From the IMG/VR virus record IMGVR_UViG_3300042566_001492: a stretch of 64,000 bases of DNA; one strand, 5' to 3'. The notes beneath the pieces were generated by a model that searched no databases, was not told where the DNA came from, and was given only the letters and a program-made list of their open reading frames with translations. Of the stretch, positions 20,254-30,106 are shown in pieces (positions within the stretch are counted from its first letter, which is position 1; each line of letters begins with the position of its first letter). Both the position numbers and the translations under genes were made by a program. The DNA comes from an uncultured virus (IMG/VR IMGVR_UViG_3300042566_001492). Its lineage: Duplodnaviria > Heunggongvirae > Uroviricota > Caudoviricetes.

Positions 20254-20514
20254 ATGTATTTAAACTCATCACCTTATATTAAATATTTAATATCCAATAT
20301 GGTTTTAATAAATGATTGGATAGAAAAGTTTGGAATAGGCGAAGATTCTGAAATTATCAAAAGTTCTGAAAAAATTGCATCTGAAATAAGTGACATTATG
20401 AATAGAATGGAAGAAATGGGAATTGAGGTAAGTGAAATACATAATGAGTCATATGATGTTGATAAACATATTAGAGACTTCAAGATAAAAAGAATACTAA
20501 ATAATGACAAATGA
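20254..20514 (+). CDS. Small hypothetical protein with C-terminal IRDFKIKRIL motif
   Basis: 86 aa, first of three overlapping co-oriented genes. Confidence 0.65.
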   Translation: MYLNSSPYIKYLISNMVLINDWIEKFGIGEDSEIIKSSEKIASEISDIMNRMEEMGIEVSEIHNESYDVDKHIRDFKIKRILNNDK

Positions 20515-20914
20515 GTATTTAGATAACATGATTCAGTTTCTTATGGATCACATCGATAGAGATGATAGAATAAGTGTTATAAAGAAAATGAAATACGGAT
20601 TTAGACACTATCATCTAATTCTATCAATTGATGAAGAAAACACAAAACTAAATAATAATCAAAATCACTATCATTTTAGAGAAAGTTTAGAAATAAATTT
20701 TGATAATAGAAATAAATGCATAGAAATAATGTCATACAATGAAGACTCAATGATTATTGAGGACAATGAATTACTTGAAAAATGGAATGAAGTTTTAGAA
20801 AATTATATAAATAAAAATATTGATGATAAAATTAAAGATTCTTTTGAGAAATCTTTAATGAAATGTCATAATAAATCTCTACACAGAGAATATCAAATGA
20901 AAAAATTATTATGA
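20504..20914 (+). CDS. Hypothetical protein
   Basis: 136 aa, overlaps neighbours. Confidence 0.65.
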   Translation: MTNEYLDNMIQFLMDHIDRDDRISVIKKMKYGFRHYHLILSIDEENTKLNNNQNHYHFRESLEINFDNRNKCIEIMSYNEDSMIIEDNELLEKWNEVLENYINKNIDDKIKDSFEKSLMKCHNKSLHREYQMKKLL

Positions 20915-21405
20915 ACCCATATAACCAGGAAGAAGTTGATAGAATTAACAAAGTTAAAGAAACAAATGATAAATTAGAAGATTTCTTTAATGGAAAGAGA
21001 GCCGAATGGAATGGTAATGTAGAACCTTTATTTAAGATTATAGCAATCGACTTAACAAAAAGTACATCTACTAAAGATATACTGGATTGTCAATCATTAG
21101 CACTTACTTTTAGACAACAAATAAACGAACAAATTAACTTCTTCCTAAATAAAAGAAGTAAAGAAACAACTAAAATTAAAAGACTTAGACAAGATAAATT
21201 TTTATTTTACGCAACTGGATTTGGAGTTAAAACAAACTTAGGTGAAAAGGGGATTTTAATTGATGGACATTTAGCGGAAAATGATAGAAGTTTAGAGTTA
21301 ATTGAATCTTATATTGAATTCCTAAGAGATACTGTTAAGAATTTAGAAAGTTTGAGTTATTCAATTAAGAATATGATTGAATTGTTAAACTATCTAGGTC
21401 GTTAA
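20911..21405 (+). CDS. uvsY: UvsY-like recombination mediator
   Basis: 164 aa, helical; C-terminal IEFLRDTVKNLESLSYSIKNMIE resembles T4-type UvsY C-termini; UvsW also in window. Confidence 0.55.
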   Translation: MNPYNQEEVDRINKVKETNDKLEDFFNGKRAEWNGNVEPLFKIIAIDLTKSTSTKDILDCQSLALTFRQQINEQINFFLNKRSKETTKIKRLRQDKFLFYATGFGVKTNLGEKGILIDGHLAENDRSLELIESYIEFLRDTVKNLESLSYSIKNMIELLNYLGR

Positions 21406-22517
21406 TCAACTTTTTTATTCCATTTAGTTTCGATTCCTAATGTCTTTAATGTAATATGTCCTTCTGCACAATCATCACATAGATTTTTTCTACCACCCCA
21501 AGTTTCAATTACATCACCATCACAGTCACTACAAATTTCATAGTCACCATAAGTTGATTGTAATATGTAACTATTTTTATCCGCAACATTAGAAACAGAT
21601 TTTTTATTACTACCTAAATAACAAAGAGTGTCTAAGAATGGAAACTCATTAAAATCACCATCTAATTTAACAGTAACAACACCATTCACATTAGATCCTT
21701 TATACATAAATCTTACATTATCTTTAATATGTGAGTTATTTATTTTTTTATAAAACCAACCTTGTGAGTCTGCAAAACTTTTGAATCTATTAACATCAGA
21801 ATCTCTATTTGTGTAAATTCTATCCATAAAATATTTAGAATCACAAGGAGACTCTTTAACCTTCCAAACAAGAGCACGACCATGAATCTTATCATTACCA
21901 TCTACGTATATTAATAACTTAACCTTATCTGGATTTTTTGTGTATAACTTAAAAAGTGATTTTTTTTCTTCTGCCATACAAGAACCACCAAGAGAACCAA
22001 CACTATTGTAATATTTGTCCATGTCATAATATTTAGCAATATCCTTACCACTAACTAACTTAAACTTTATACCAACTTCAACTTTTGATGACTTCCAAAC
22101 ATTAACAAATTCTTCTAATTCAGTATCAGTTAATTTTATATTTTTGAGACCATATAAATATCTAATAATTCTTCCGATTTTCATCTCTCCTCTACCAGGC
22201 ATCGTGTATGGAAAATCAGGATTCTCATCTTCGTCATAATCAGCTGATAAAACTTTTGAGTACATAGCAAAACTAACTTTATCATCTTCTGATGATTGGT
22301 CAAAGTAATTTTGTTTGATATCTTTATCTTCAAACCAATGTTCATCTTCAATCCAAGAAAGTATATTTTTAGAAATTTCACCGGCTTTACCAGATCCAGA
22401 GGATAATTCTTTTAACCTGAAAACAAAATCAGTGGTTCCATAGATATAACCCTCCAAAAGAGAAAACATTTCCCACTTAATTTTACTTTCTAAAAAACTC
22501 TCATATTTCTTTAACAT
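21402..22517 (-). CDS. SCM/RALVW/MDRIY-family protein, paralogue of 32783..34615, with C-terminal Zn finger
   Basis: Likely start 22517 (MLKKYESFLES); LGGSCM, GRALVW, FMDRIYT, FPFLDT; CSDC...CDDC. Confidence 0.7.
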   Translation of the reverse strand: MLKKYESFLESKIKWEMFSLLEGYIYGTTDFVFRLKELSSGSGKAGEISKNILSWIEDEHWFEDKDIKQNYFDQSSEDDKVSFAMYSKVLSADYDEDENPDFPYTMPGRGEMKIGRIIRYLYGLKNIKLTDTELEEFVNVWKSSKVEVGIKFKLVSGKDIAKYYDMDKYYNSVGSLGGSCMAEEKKSLFKLYTKNPDKVKLLIYVDGNDKIHGRALVWKVKESPCDSKYFMDRIYTNRDSDVNRFKSFADSQGWFYKKINNSHIKDNVRFMYKGSNVNGVVTVKLDGDFNEFPFLDTLCYLGSNKKSVSNVADKNSYILQSTYGDYEICSDCDGDVIETWGGRKNLCDDCAEGHITLKTLGIETKWNKKVD

Positions 22518-22542
22518 ATAACTATATATTATTTTATTTATC

Positions 22543-22902
22543 ATGAAATTTCGATTAACAGAAGATTGGACATATCAGACCACGTTTTTAGGAAAAACTA
22601 TCACTAAGACTCTTTACACAAAGGATACTTTATTTGAGCCTAATAAAGATGATAAATATGAAATTATTCAACCAACTGGTGAGATATCTTTGTTCAGTTT
22701 AGAAGATATAAAATCAATAGAATTCTTAGAAGAGATCATTGAAAAACAAGAAAACGATTTTGAAATAATAATTGAAGAGATTCCTGAAGATGATGATATC
22801 TTAGTTAGAAATTGGAGAATACAATTAGATGTTAAAACAACTCGTAAGAAATTAAAAGAAGTACAGAGAATTATAGAAGAATACGTAAAACCTATTTTAT
22901 AA
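22543..22902 (+). CDS. Hypothetical protein
   Basis: 119 aa ORF. Confidence 0.6.
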   Translation: MKFRLTEDWTYQTTFLGKTITKTLYTKDTLFEPNKDDKYEIIQPTGEISLFSLEDIKSIEFLEEIIEKQENDFEIIIEEIPEDDDILVRNWRIQLDVKTTRKKLKEVQRIIEEYVKPIL

Positions 22903-22903
22903 A

Positions 22904-23617
22904 CTATTTTTTCTTTTTCTTTTTTCTTGCTTTTGCTGCTTTCGCCTTAGTCCATAAATCAGCATCAGCTTTTCTAGCACCACCAGCACCAGTGATAAAA
23001 GAGTTCACACGACCCATTCCCCATTGATGTTGAGCAACACCCGGTCTGTGTCCTGCGTTCCAAGCTTGCATTCCTTTAGCGAAAACTTTTCTTAAAATTC
23101 CCATTGGAATTCCAGAAGCCTGAGACTTCTTTTTTAATGAAGCACTTACACCAGACTTTTTAGATTCATCTAAACCTTCCAACTCACCACCATCTAAACC
23201 AATAGCATAATTCAATTCATCAAGAATAGCATCTGTAGGTATCTCATCATCATCTTCATTATAGAACTTTCCTTCAGTTCCATACTCAGAGTAACTAACT
23301 AATGGAGTTCCTTCTTCAACTATTTCATTATATAATGAGATAATATCATCTGAATTAGCATCATCCGAATCTTCCAGACCAAGTTCCATTCTTACACCAC
23401 TATAGTGAGTTGGTATATGAATTTTACTTTCATTAAACATTTGTTGATTTTTTCTAATAGAATCAACTATTTGTTTAACTTTATCTAAACTAAAGTCTAA
23501 TTCAATAGCAATTTGCTCAATATCTAGACCTTCTTCTAGTAATTCTTTAACATCTTCGATATCAGCGTGTGTGAAGTCTTCAAATGTATATGTCTCAAAT
23601 GTTTTTAAGTATTTCAT
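22904..23617 (-). CDS. Acidic N-terminal region fused to a basic DUF5824-like C-terminal part
   Basis: MKYLKTFE start; SGIPMGILRKVFAKGMQAWNAGHRPGVAQHQWGMGRVNSF. Confidence 0.65.
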   Translation of the reverse strand: MKYLKTFETYTFEDFTHADIEDVKELLEEGLDIEQIAIELDFSLDKVKQIVDSIRKNQQMFNESKIHIPTHYSGVRMELGLEDSDDANSDDIISLYNEIVEEGTPLVSYSEYGTEGKFYNEDDDEIPTDAILDELNYAIGLDGGELEGLDESKKSGVSASLKKKSQASGIPMGILRKVFAKGMQAWNAGHRPGVAQHQWGMGRVNSFITGAGGARKADADLWTKAKAAKARKKKKKK

Positions 23618-23618
23618 A

Positions 23619-24053
23619 TTAATGTTTTAATTTTTCTAATCTTTTTATTACCTCATCGATATTTTGGTTCCAATCTTTTGATAATACTGATTTACCAAAC
23701 TCATTAAGATTACCAACACTATCTCTAATACCTTCTATCTCTGAAATTATATCATCACACTCATCATAGATATAAGTATCTTTAATATCTTCCCTTTCGT
23801 AACTATCAAAAAATTCTGGGTAATTTTCAACAAAAACGGCACCTGCACTTTCTTCTTCACCTGGTTTTGTTTTTACAATATATCCATTATCATAAATTTC
23901 CCCGGTTACTTCGTATCCAAGTTTTCTTGCTAAATCTTTTACCGTATCGTATCTTATATCAGCGTTTCTATTTGCAAATACAACTACTTCACCTTTCTTA
24001 TGAGAGGGAAATCTTGATACTAATTCTTCATTAAATTTTCTTAGGTGTTTCAT
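23619..24053 (-). CDS. Hypothetical protein with capsid-targeting-like N-terminus
   Basis: MKHLRKFNEE start; 144 aa. Confidence 0.65.
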   Translation of the reverse strand: MKHLRKFNEELVSRFPSHKKGEVVVFANRNADIRYDTVKDLARKLGYEVTGEIYDNGYIVKTKPGEEESAGAVFVENYPEFFDSYEREDIKDTYIYDECDDIISEIEGIRDSVGNLNEFGKSVLSKDWNQNIDEVIKRLEKLKH

Positions 24054-24055
24054 TA

Positions 24056-24622
24056 TTAATCTTTCCCCCCAAACATTTTTTGATAAGCTTTTGTAGCAGC
24101 TGATTTTTTAGTTTTTACTCTTTTGCCTTCACCACCTTTACCAGATTTATAATCAGCATCCCAGTCTTTTTTGTATTCTTTTTTACCTCTATAGGTATCA
24201 ATTTCTTTTTTCATTTGACTAGGATTTTTTGTTAAATATTTACCCGGTATTTTTTTACCTTTATATCTTTGAGAACGAGGTCTACCTTTTCTAGCCTCAG
24301 ATATTCCAAGTATGGACTGTATATCTTTTTCAATCATATCTAAACCAGCATCTACTGAATCAACTGGATTTCTAAAATCAATAGTATCTCCCGAAGTTTT
24401 TGTTAAGTTTAAGTCATCAATATCAAAATCATATTTTATAGAAAAATCGTTAACAGTAAAACTAACTACTAATTCATGGTCATTTTTGTTTTCCCATTCA
24501 TATAAAATATTATCATCAGAGATATTACTTATTAAGTCTTTCAACTCAGACATTTTAGCGTCAATAACACTCGGTGAATTTTCGACAAATTCTCTTATGA
24601 ACTGATTATATCTTTTTAACAT
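24056..24622 (-). CDS. Acidic N-terminal domain plus very basic C-terminal tail
   Basis: MLKRYNQFIRE start; tail KIPGKYL...VKTKKSAATKAYQKMF. Confidence 0.65.
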   Translation of the reverse strand: MLKRYNQFIREFVENSPSVIDAKMSELKDLISNISDDNILYEWENKNDHELVVSFTVNDFSIKYDFDIDDLNLTKTSGDTIDFRNPVDSVDAGLDMIEKDIQSILGISEARKGRPRSQRYKGKKIPGKYLTKNPSQMKKEIDTYRGKKEYKKDWDADYKSGKGGEGKRVKTKKSAATKAYQKMFGGKD

Positions 24623-24672
24623 ATAGTATATATTATTTTTAGTATTTCATTTATTCTACCTAAAATTTAACT

Positions 24673-24697
24673 AAACATTTGTAGGTCGAATGTATAT
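24673..24697 (+). promoter_or_regulatory. Putative early/middle promoter AAAC-N16-TATAT
   Basis: Same spacing upstream of primase, uvsW, slyD and the aaRS-like gene. Confidence 0.5.
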
Positions 24698-24704
24698 CAT
24701 GTAT

Positions 24705-25481
24705 ATGGCAAATAAAGTAAAATTTAAATTTATACCTATCAATCTTTCTGATTTCATATCAAAGATTGATGACTTATCAAAGATTGATGACACGATTAAG
24801 TTAAAGATTGACAATGAGAATATTCTTATGTATTCTATGTTGGGTGGTAATGTATTACTTGCCTTTAAGAATTTTTTAGTAAAAACATCAGACTATTTAG
24901 ACAATGTAGATTTTGACTATAAAATTGACTTAATTATTCCAAGCGCTAAAAAATTTGTTAAGAATCTAACATTTATAAAAGACCAATCATCTGTATCATT
25001 AGATATTTCTTACAAAGAGTCTCCAGATGATGATGAACTTTTTTTAGCCAGATCTTTTCAGATTACTTCTGGTAAATTTAAAGTAAATTGGTTAGCAGGA
25101 GAACACTATGAAATGAGAGATATTGATAAAAATTCTTTAACCACTCGATTAGATTTAAGAAATAAAAAGTGGTCCTTTTCAATCAAAAATGAAGATTTCG
25201 TAGATATAAAAAAACTATCATCAATCAACTCAGAAAGAGTTATTTCAATAATGGTTACTAAAGGAAATGTAGTTGTTTCAGAGAAATCAGCTTGGGAATT
25301 AGAGATAGATGATTTAGATGATGATAGAAGTGCTAGTTTAATATTAAATAAAAGATTCTTAGGATGTATAAATGATAAACTGACAAGAGTAGACTTTCAT
25401 ATATTTGATACATTCATGTTAGTAAAAGATATAGACTCAAATTTAATGTTGAGTTTTGAACAAGATTTCTCAGATGATTAA
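24705..25481 (+). CDS. Sliding clamp-like protein (gp45/PCNA fold)
   Basis: About 260 aa, two alpha/beta halves, clamp-like N-terminus (FISKIDDLSKIDDTIKLKIDNENI), in the same run as the polymerase; likely start 24705. Confidence 0.55.
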   Translation: MANKVKFKFIPINLSDFISKIDDLSKIDDTIKLKIDNENILMYSMLGGNVLLAFKNFLVKTSDYLDNVDFDYKIDLIIPSAKKFVKNLTFIKDQSSVSLDISYKESPDDDELFLARSFQITSGKFKVNWLAGEHYEMRDIDKNSLTTRLDLRNKKWSFSIKNEDFVDIKKLSSINSERVISIMVTKGNVVVSEKSAWELEIDDLDDDRSASLILNKRFLGCINDKLTRVDFHIFDTFMLVKDIDSNLMLSFEQDFSDD

Positions 25482-26004
25482 GAAAAGTAATTATAAAAAA
25501 AAGACTAGACATAAAATTAATTCAGACATAACCTACTCTGAATTAAGATTAATATCCACTGAAGGTATGGTAGTTATCTCTCTTCAAGACGCTCTTATCA
25601 GAGCTAAAAAAGAAGATAAGGATTTAATTATGATTAATGAGAATCAAAATCCACCTATCGTTAGAATCGAAGACTATAATAAGTTTCTTTATGATTTAGA
25701 TAAATTAGAAAAAGAAAGAAAGAAAGCATCAAATAAGTCACAACTCAAAGAGATTCAATTAAGTGCTTCGATTTCGGATAATGATATTAAAACAAAATCG
25801 AAAAAGGCTATAGAATTTTTAGAAGATGGTGATAAAGTAAAAGTAACACTCTTAATGAAGGGAAGAGAAAAAGCACATCCTGAAAGAGGTGAGTTAGTTA
25901 TATTAAAATTCACAGAATCTTTGTCACAAGTTGGATCACCTGAAAGTCTTCCAAAATATGAGAACGGAAAATGGATTATTATGTTGAAACCAAAGAAAAA
26001 GTAA
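25474..26004 (+). CDS. infC: Translation initiation factor IF-3
   Basis: IN..I...ELRLI, ALIRA....DLI, PPIVRIEDYNKFLY, KEIQL...I..ND...K.....FLEDGDKVKV....GRE. Confidence 0.92.
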   Translation: MIKKSNYKKKTRHKINSDITYSELRLISTEGMVVISLQDALIRAKKEDKDLIMINENQNPPIVRIEDYNKFLYDLDKLEKERKKASNKSQLKEIQLSASISDNDIKTKSKKAIEFLEDGDKVKVTLLMKGREKAHPERGELVILKFTESLSQVGSPESLPKYENGKWIIMLKPKKK

Positions 26005-27440
26005 TGAGTAAAGAAGAAAAGTTAAAAAAAATTGAAGAGTTAAAAAGAAAAGCTTCTGAATTAAAAAAAGAAGTTGATTACTATAACGCTCTACAACTCG
26101 CACTAAAATTAGTACTGAATGGTAGTTATGGTGCCTTTGCCACTTCATACTTTATTCTTTATAATAATCACGTCGCTGGAACAATTACAGCACAAGGTAG
26201 AGACCTTACAAGAACAATGGATAAAGTCAATGAAGATTATTGGTACAAACAATGGCATAATGATCACGAACTACACTATCTATTAGGAGTTAAAAATGTA
26301 ACTTCAATAAACAAGTCAGAAAATGTCAGTATTTACGCAGATACAGACTCTTTATTCGTTTCATTTAAACCAGCAATAGACCATTGCACATGGGAGAATT
26401 TACATATTAATGATGACTACTTAGACTTTTTAGATAAAAAGTTCATCATACTCACACCAGACACAGATTTTAAGTATAAAAGTTCTAATTTAGTAGGAAT
26501 AGCACATAACGTTTCAGATTTAGAAGAATTACTTAAAAATGATTATGACACTCTTATATTTGACGGCCATTATGTTAAAGATAGAAGAATTAATAAAATG
26601 ATGGAAGATGGAGTATTTACTTCTGAGATAATCTGGAATTGGTCTAATGAAACAGACTTTATACAAGGAATGGACTTTTTCAGATACGCTGGATATTTCA
26701 AGAAATGTTTAGAAGAATACGCAGGTTCTTTTGGAGTTGAAAATAAAGAAGACTTTGAGCTTGAAAGAATTTCAGAATCAATCATCAACATCGCAAAGAA
26801 AAAGTATATTCAACATATCTTATTTGAGGATGGAATACCTTATGAAAGATTAAATTATATCTACCCAAAGGGAGTAGAACTTGTTAGATCCTCTACACCA
26901 GCATTCGCTCGTGATAAAATTGTTGGAATTGTTAAGTATCTTTTCTCACATCCGGATACTTTCAACATCAAAGACTTATTAAAGTTGGTAAAACAGTTAA
27001 GAAAAGAATTTGAATTGGCTGATATTGATGATATCTCAATGCAGTCATCTTGTTCTAACTATGAAATAAAGGTTCTTAATGACAAAACTTTACCTTTGCA
27101 GTTTGTTTCTGGTGCTCACTTTGCGGTAAAGTCAGCTGCTCATCATAACTACTTACTTATTAAAAACAAAGAGTATCAACAAAAGTATGAATTCATTAAA
27201 TCAGGAGCTAAGATTAAATATTATGTTTGTAAAGATAAATCAGTAACGGATATGTTTGCTTATACCAGAGGTAGTTTCCCACATGAGTTTGCACCACCAA
27301 TTGACTTTGATGAGCAGTTTGAGAAATCAATCTTATCTCCTATTAATTCAATTATTGCACCACTTGGATTACCAGAAATAACTAAAAGATTGAGTGTTGT
27401 TATGGATATATTTGGTGGTTTTGGAAGAGGTGGATTTTAG
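26004..27440 (+). CDS. Family B DNA polymerase, C-terminal subunit of a split gp43
   Basis: Motif B QLALKLVLNGSYG, ITAQG, motif C YADTDS, KKKY, KGVELVRSSTP; no exonuclease domain or motif A; TAATG coupling to infC. Confidence 0.9.
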   Translation: MSKEEKLKKIEELKRKASELKKEVDYYNALQLALKLVLNGSYGAFATSYFILYNNHVAGTITAQGRDLTRTMDKVNEDYWYKQWHNDHELHYLLGVKNVTSINKSENVSIYADTDSLFVSFKPAIDHCTWENLHINDDYLDFLDKKFIILTPDTDFKYKSSNLVGIAHNVSDLEELLKNDYDTLIFDGHYVKDRRINKMMEDGVFTSEIIWNWSNETDFIQGMDFFRYAGYFKKCLEEYAGSFGVENKEDFELERISESIINIAKKKYIQHILFEDGIPYERLNYIYPKGVELVRSSTPAFARDKIVGIVKYLFSHPDTFNIKDLLKLVKQLRKEFELADIDDISMQSSCSNYEIKVLNDKTLPLQFVSGAHFAVKSAAHHNYLLIKNKEYQQKYEFIKSGAKIKYYVCKDKSVTDMFAYTRGSFPHEFAPPIDFDEQFEKSILSPINSIIAPLGLPEITKRLSVVMDIFGGFGRGGF

Positions 27441-28243
27441 AATAAAGTACTAACATCTTCACCACCAACACGACCAACATTACCATTATCAGACCAATAG
27501 AATAAATCGATAGAAGAGTAGTTTGACTTTTTAGAAGCTTCTATAGCACTAATTTCTTTTGTTTTTACTTGAACAGTTTCAATTTTATCATCTTTCGATA
27601 TAATTAAATCACAACCATATGCCATATCAATAGGATCACCATCACCACCTCTGTAAAGTATTTCATATTCCTGGTTTTGTAGGTAATCAGCAACTTCTGA
27701 CTCAGCCTTTTCACCAATTGCTGAGTTTGTTCTATTATGAGTAGTGTAATTTGATAATTTCAATCCGAACTGTTTCATTAAAGAAGGAATATCGTTTGTA
27801 TTAAAAAAATTTTCCAGATACGTCTTTAATGCTCTTTTATTGAAAATAACTTTCTTTACCTCATCTAATTTATTCATATTTTTAAGAATATCAACTAATA
27901 AATCAGCTTGGTCAAATGTATTTGTATTTAACTTATTTACAGGGTGCCATAAACCATTGACTCTAACTTGATTCATTTTATTAATTTTTGGTGACCAATA
28001 TTTATCACCATATAATTTTATATCAGGGAATTTTCCAGTATTAAATAACAAAGATAATGGATATTGATAATTATCATCACTATTAAAATTTATTACATCA
28101 GAGTAAGGACTGAGCATATCATCCACTATTTTTCTCATACCTAAATCATAAACTAAAAAGTTCCAAAGACCTGCTATCGATCTTGCCACTTCTGAATCAG
28201 ATATAGATACAGTGGACTCCATTATTTTAGAAAATTTCTTCAT
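27437..28243 (-). CDS. Protein with C-terminal PD-(D/E)xK nuclease-like domain
   Basis: GEKAE...L...GCDLII...VQVK; N-term MKKFSKIMES. Confidence 0.55.
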   Translation of the reverse strand: MKKFSKIMESTVSISDSEVARSIAGLWNFLVYDLGMRKIVDDMLSPYSDVINFNSDDNYQYPLSLLFNTGKFPDIKLYGDKYWSPKINKMNQVRVNGLWHPVNKLNTNTFDQADLLVDILKNMNKLDEVKKVIFNKRALKTYLENFFNTNDIPSLMKQFGLKLSNYTTHNRTNSAIGEKAESEVADYLQNQEYEILYRGGDGDPIDMAYGCDLIISKDDKIETVQVKTKEISAIEASKKSNYSSIDLFYWSDNGNVGRVGGEDVSTLF

Positions 28244-28275
28244 CGTGGTATATATAAAAAAACGATATATAAAAT

Positions 28276-28506
28276 ATGAAAGAAGAAACTTTATATCAAG
28301 ATTATTTAAACTATTTAGACTGGAGATTAAAAGAAGGACAAATTAATAAAGGAAAGTACTCTTTAATGAAGATATCAAATACTGGTTTTGTTGATTTTAA
28401 GAAAACATTTGAGAATGATGAACATTTTAGACAAAAAGTACTAAAAATAAAAATCTCTGAAATAAGAGATAAAAAAATTGATGACATCTTTGATGACTTT
28501 GATTGA
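28276..28506 (+). CDS. Small hypothetical protein with C-terminal IRDKKIDDIF motif
   Basis: 76 aa ORF. Confidence 0.65.
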   Translation: MKEETLYQDYLNYLDWRLKEGQINKGKYSLMKISNTGFVDFKKTFENDEHFRQKVLKIKISEIRDKKIDDIFDDFD

Positions 28507-28867
28507 AGAAATACCATTTCAAGATAATTTAATAAGATTCTATTCAGGTATAGACTTCGATAGATTAATTAAACATCCTAAAGATGGAAGTGATGGATTC
28601 ATATTTTGTTTTATAAAAAATTGGAAAAACGAAGTTGACTCACATAATAGAAACAGTAAGCTGAAATCTATAATTGAGGATATCAATTATGAAAAATTTC
28701 AATGGGAATCAATTAACAATGACTTTATAAGTATTTATCAAACAGAAGGAATCGGATATGATGTTGTTTATAGAACAATAAAAAATAAAATAATTAACCA
28801 GCAATTTCCAGATCAACCATGGATTCCAATAAATAGTATATCAACAGGTGCCTGGAAAATTAAATAA
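28478..28867 (+). CDS. Hypothetical protein (internal NRNSKLKSII motif)
   Basis: ORF; start uncertain (28478, 28481 or 28493). Confidence 0.6.
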   Translation: MMTSLMTLIEEIPFQDNLIRFYSGIDFDRLIKHPKDGSDGFIFCFIKNWKNEVDSHNRNSKLKSIIEDINYEKFQWESINNDFISIYQTEGIGYDVVYRTIKNKIINQQFPDQPWIPINSISTGAWKIK

Positions 28868-28890
28868 ACTTGATATTAATATATATCACA

Positions 28891-29391
28891 ATGAAGATTA
28901 TGAAACATCTAATGAGATATGAAGGATATACCTCTAAAGAAAGAGTGGACGACATCTTAGATAAGATATCTAAGTATGGTATGCATTCTTTAACTCATTT
29001 AGAAAAAGAATTTTTAGATTCACACAGTCAGGGTAAAGAAGAAGAAATTCATGATAAAATAACTAAAGAAGAATCCGAATCAGTATTCGAGGACGATTTT
29101 GGATATTTTAAGTTTGAGCATGAAGAGACAGAAGATTATGGTGATGAGATCCATTATATTGGTACACTTTATGTTCCTGATTTAGTTTTTCCGAACGGTA
29201 AAAGAATTGAGGGAGTCTTATATGGTAGAATCGTAGTTTATGAAAATGGCACAAACTCACCTGATTTTTATTCACTTGAAAAAGACAGTACTAAGAGTAA
29301 CTATGATGTTTTTGAGTTTTGTAATGGTTTAGAATATGAGTTAGATAGTTTCATTGATTATGTTGTCAGTGAATTGGAATCTAAAAATTAA
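28891..29391 (+). CDS. Acidic hypothetical protein
   Basis: Likely start 28891, 5 nt after AATATATA; VDDILDKISKYGMHSLTHLEKEFL helical motif. Confidence 0.65.
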   Translation: MKIMKHLMRYEGYTSKERVDDILDKISKYGMHSLTHLEKEFLDSHSQGKEEEIHDKITKEESESVFEDDFGYFKFEHEETEDYGDEIHYIGTLYVPDLVFPNGKRIEGVLYGRIVVYENGTNSPDFYSLEKDSTKSNYDVFEFCNGLEYELDSFIDYVVSELESKN

Positions 29392-29431
29392 ATTCATATA
29401 TTAATATATAATAAAAATTAATAAAATAAAA

Positions 29432-29977
29432 ATGATTAAAAAATATAATCAATTTATAGGAAAAAAGACAAATGAAGAATTTGTTTTTGATAAAGCACCA
29501 ATTGGTGGTCCAGAAACAGCACCTGTAACACCAGATGTTAAACCAGATACAACGGAAAAACCACTTACGGAGCCAGACGCACCTAGTCCAATAAGAAGAG
29601 AAAGAACTTCGCCAGTTCCAGCACCTGCTAAAGCAGAAATGGAAGAAGAAGGATATGACCTTTATACAACAAAATTACAAGAATTAGCAGATTCTTTAGG
29701 AGTAGAAGTGGAAAATAACCAAGTTGTTTACAACGGTAAAAGAATTATTTTTCCATCTGAAACAGAAAAGTATCAAGTTGAGGGAGTTAAAAAAGGATTC
29801 AACACTGTTGAAGAAGTAGTTGCTGAACTTGAAAAATCAGAACCAGTTGAACAAGCTCAAAGAGTTCAAGAAACTGAAGAAGAATTAGATTCATTAAAAG
29901 ATGATGAAGCATCAGATGTTATTGAAAGAGAATTTGAGTCTAAAAGCTACAAATCAAGATATAACAGAAAATCATGA
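29432..29977 (+). CDS. Acidic Pro-rich protein, probable head internal/scaffold-like protein
   Basis: MIKKYNQFIGKKTNEE start; low-complexity P/E content. Confidence 0.55.
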   Translation: MIKKYNQFIGKKTNEEFVFDKAPIGGPETAPVTPDVKPDTTEKPLTEPDAPSPIRRERTSPVPAPAKAEMEEEGYDLYTTKLQELADSLGVEVENNQVVYNGKRIIFPSETEKYQVEGVKKGFNTVEEVVAELEKSEPVEQAQRVQETEEELDSLKDDEASDVIEREFESKSYKSRYNRKS

Positions 29978-30084
29978 AGATATTAGTATTAATAATATTA
30001 TTAGTATTTTGTTACGGTTGTAAATCACAAAAAGAACACTGTGACGCATACTCAAAGTTAGAAACAAAAAAGACCATCAATTGA
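29974..30084 (+). CDS. Tiny lipoprotein, 36 aa
   Basis: Not in ORF track; ATGA overlap; MKILVLIILLVFCYGC-KSQKEHCDAYSKLETKKTIN. Confidence 0.65.
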   Translation: MKILVLIILLVFCYGCKSQKEHCDAYSKLETKKTIN

Positions 30085-30093
30085 TGGTCTTTT
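30068..30093. terminator. Bidirectional terminator (perfect palindrome)
   Basis: aaaagaccatcaattgatggtctttt between convergent genes. Confidence 0.8.
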
Positions 30094-30106
30094 AGTTTTA
30101 AATTAA

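Noticed and set aside
26350..26700. Intein or intron in the polymerase
   Set aside because: Frame is continuous; no clear intein N-terminal/HN-C-terminal pair or homing endonuclease motifs seen
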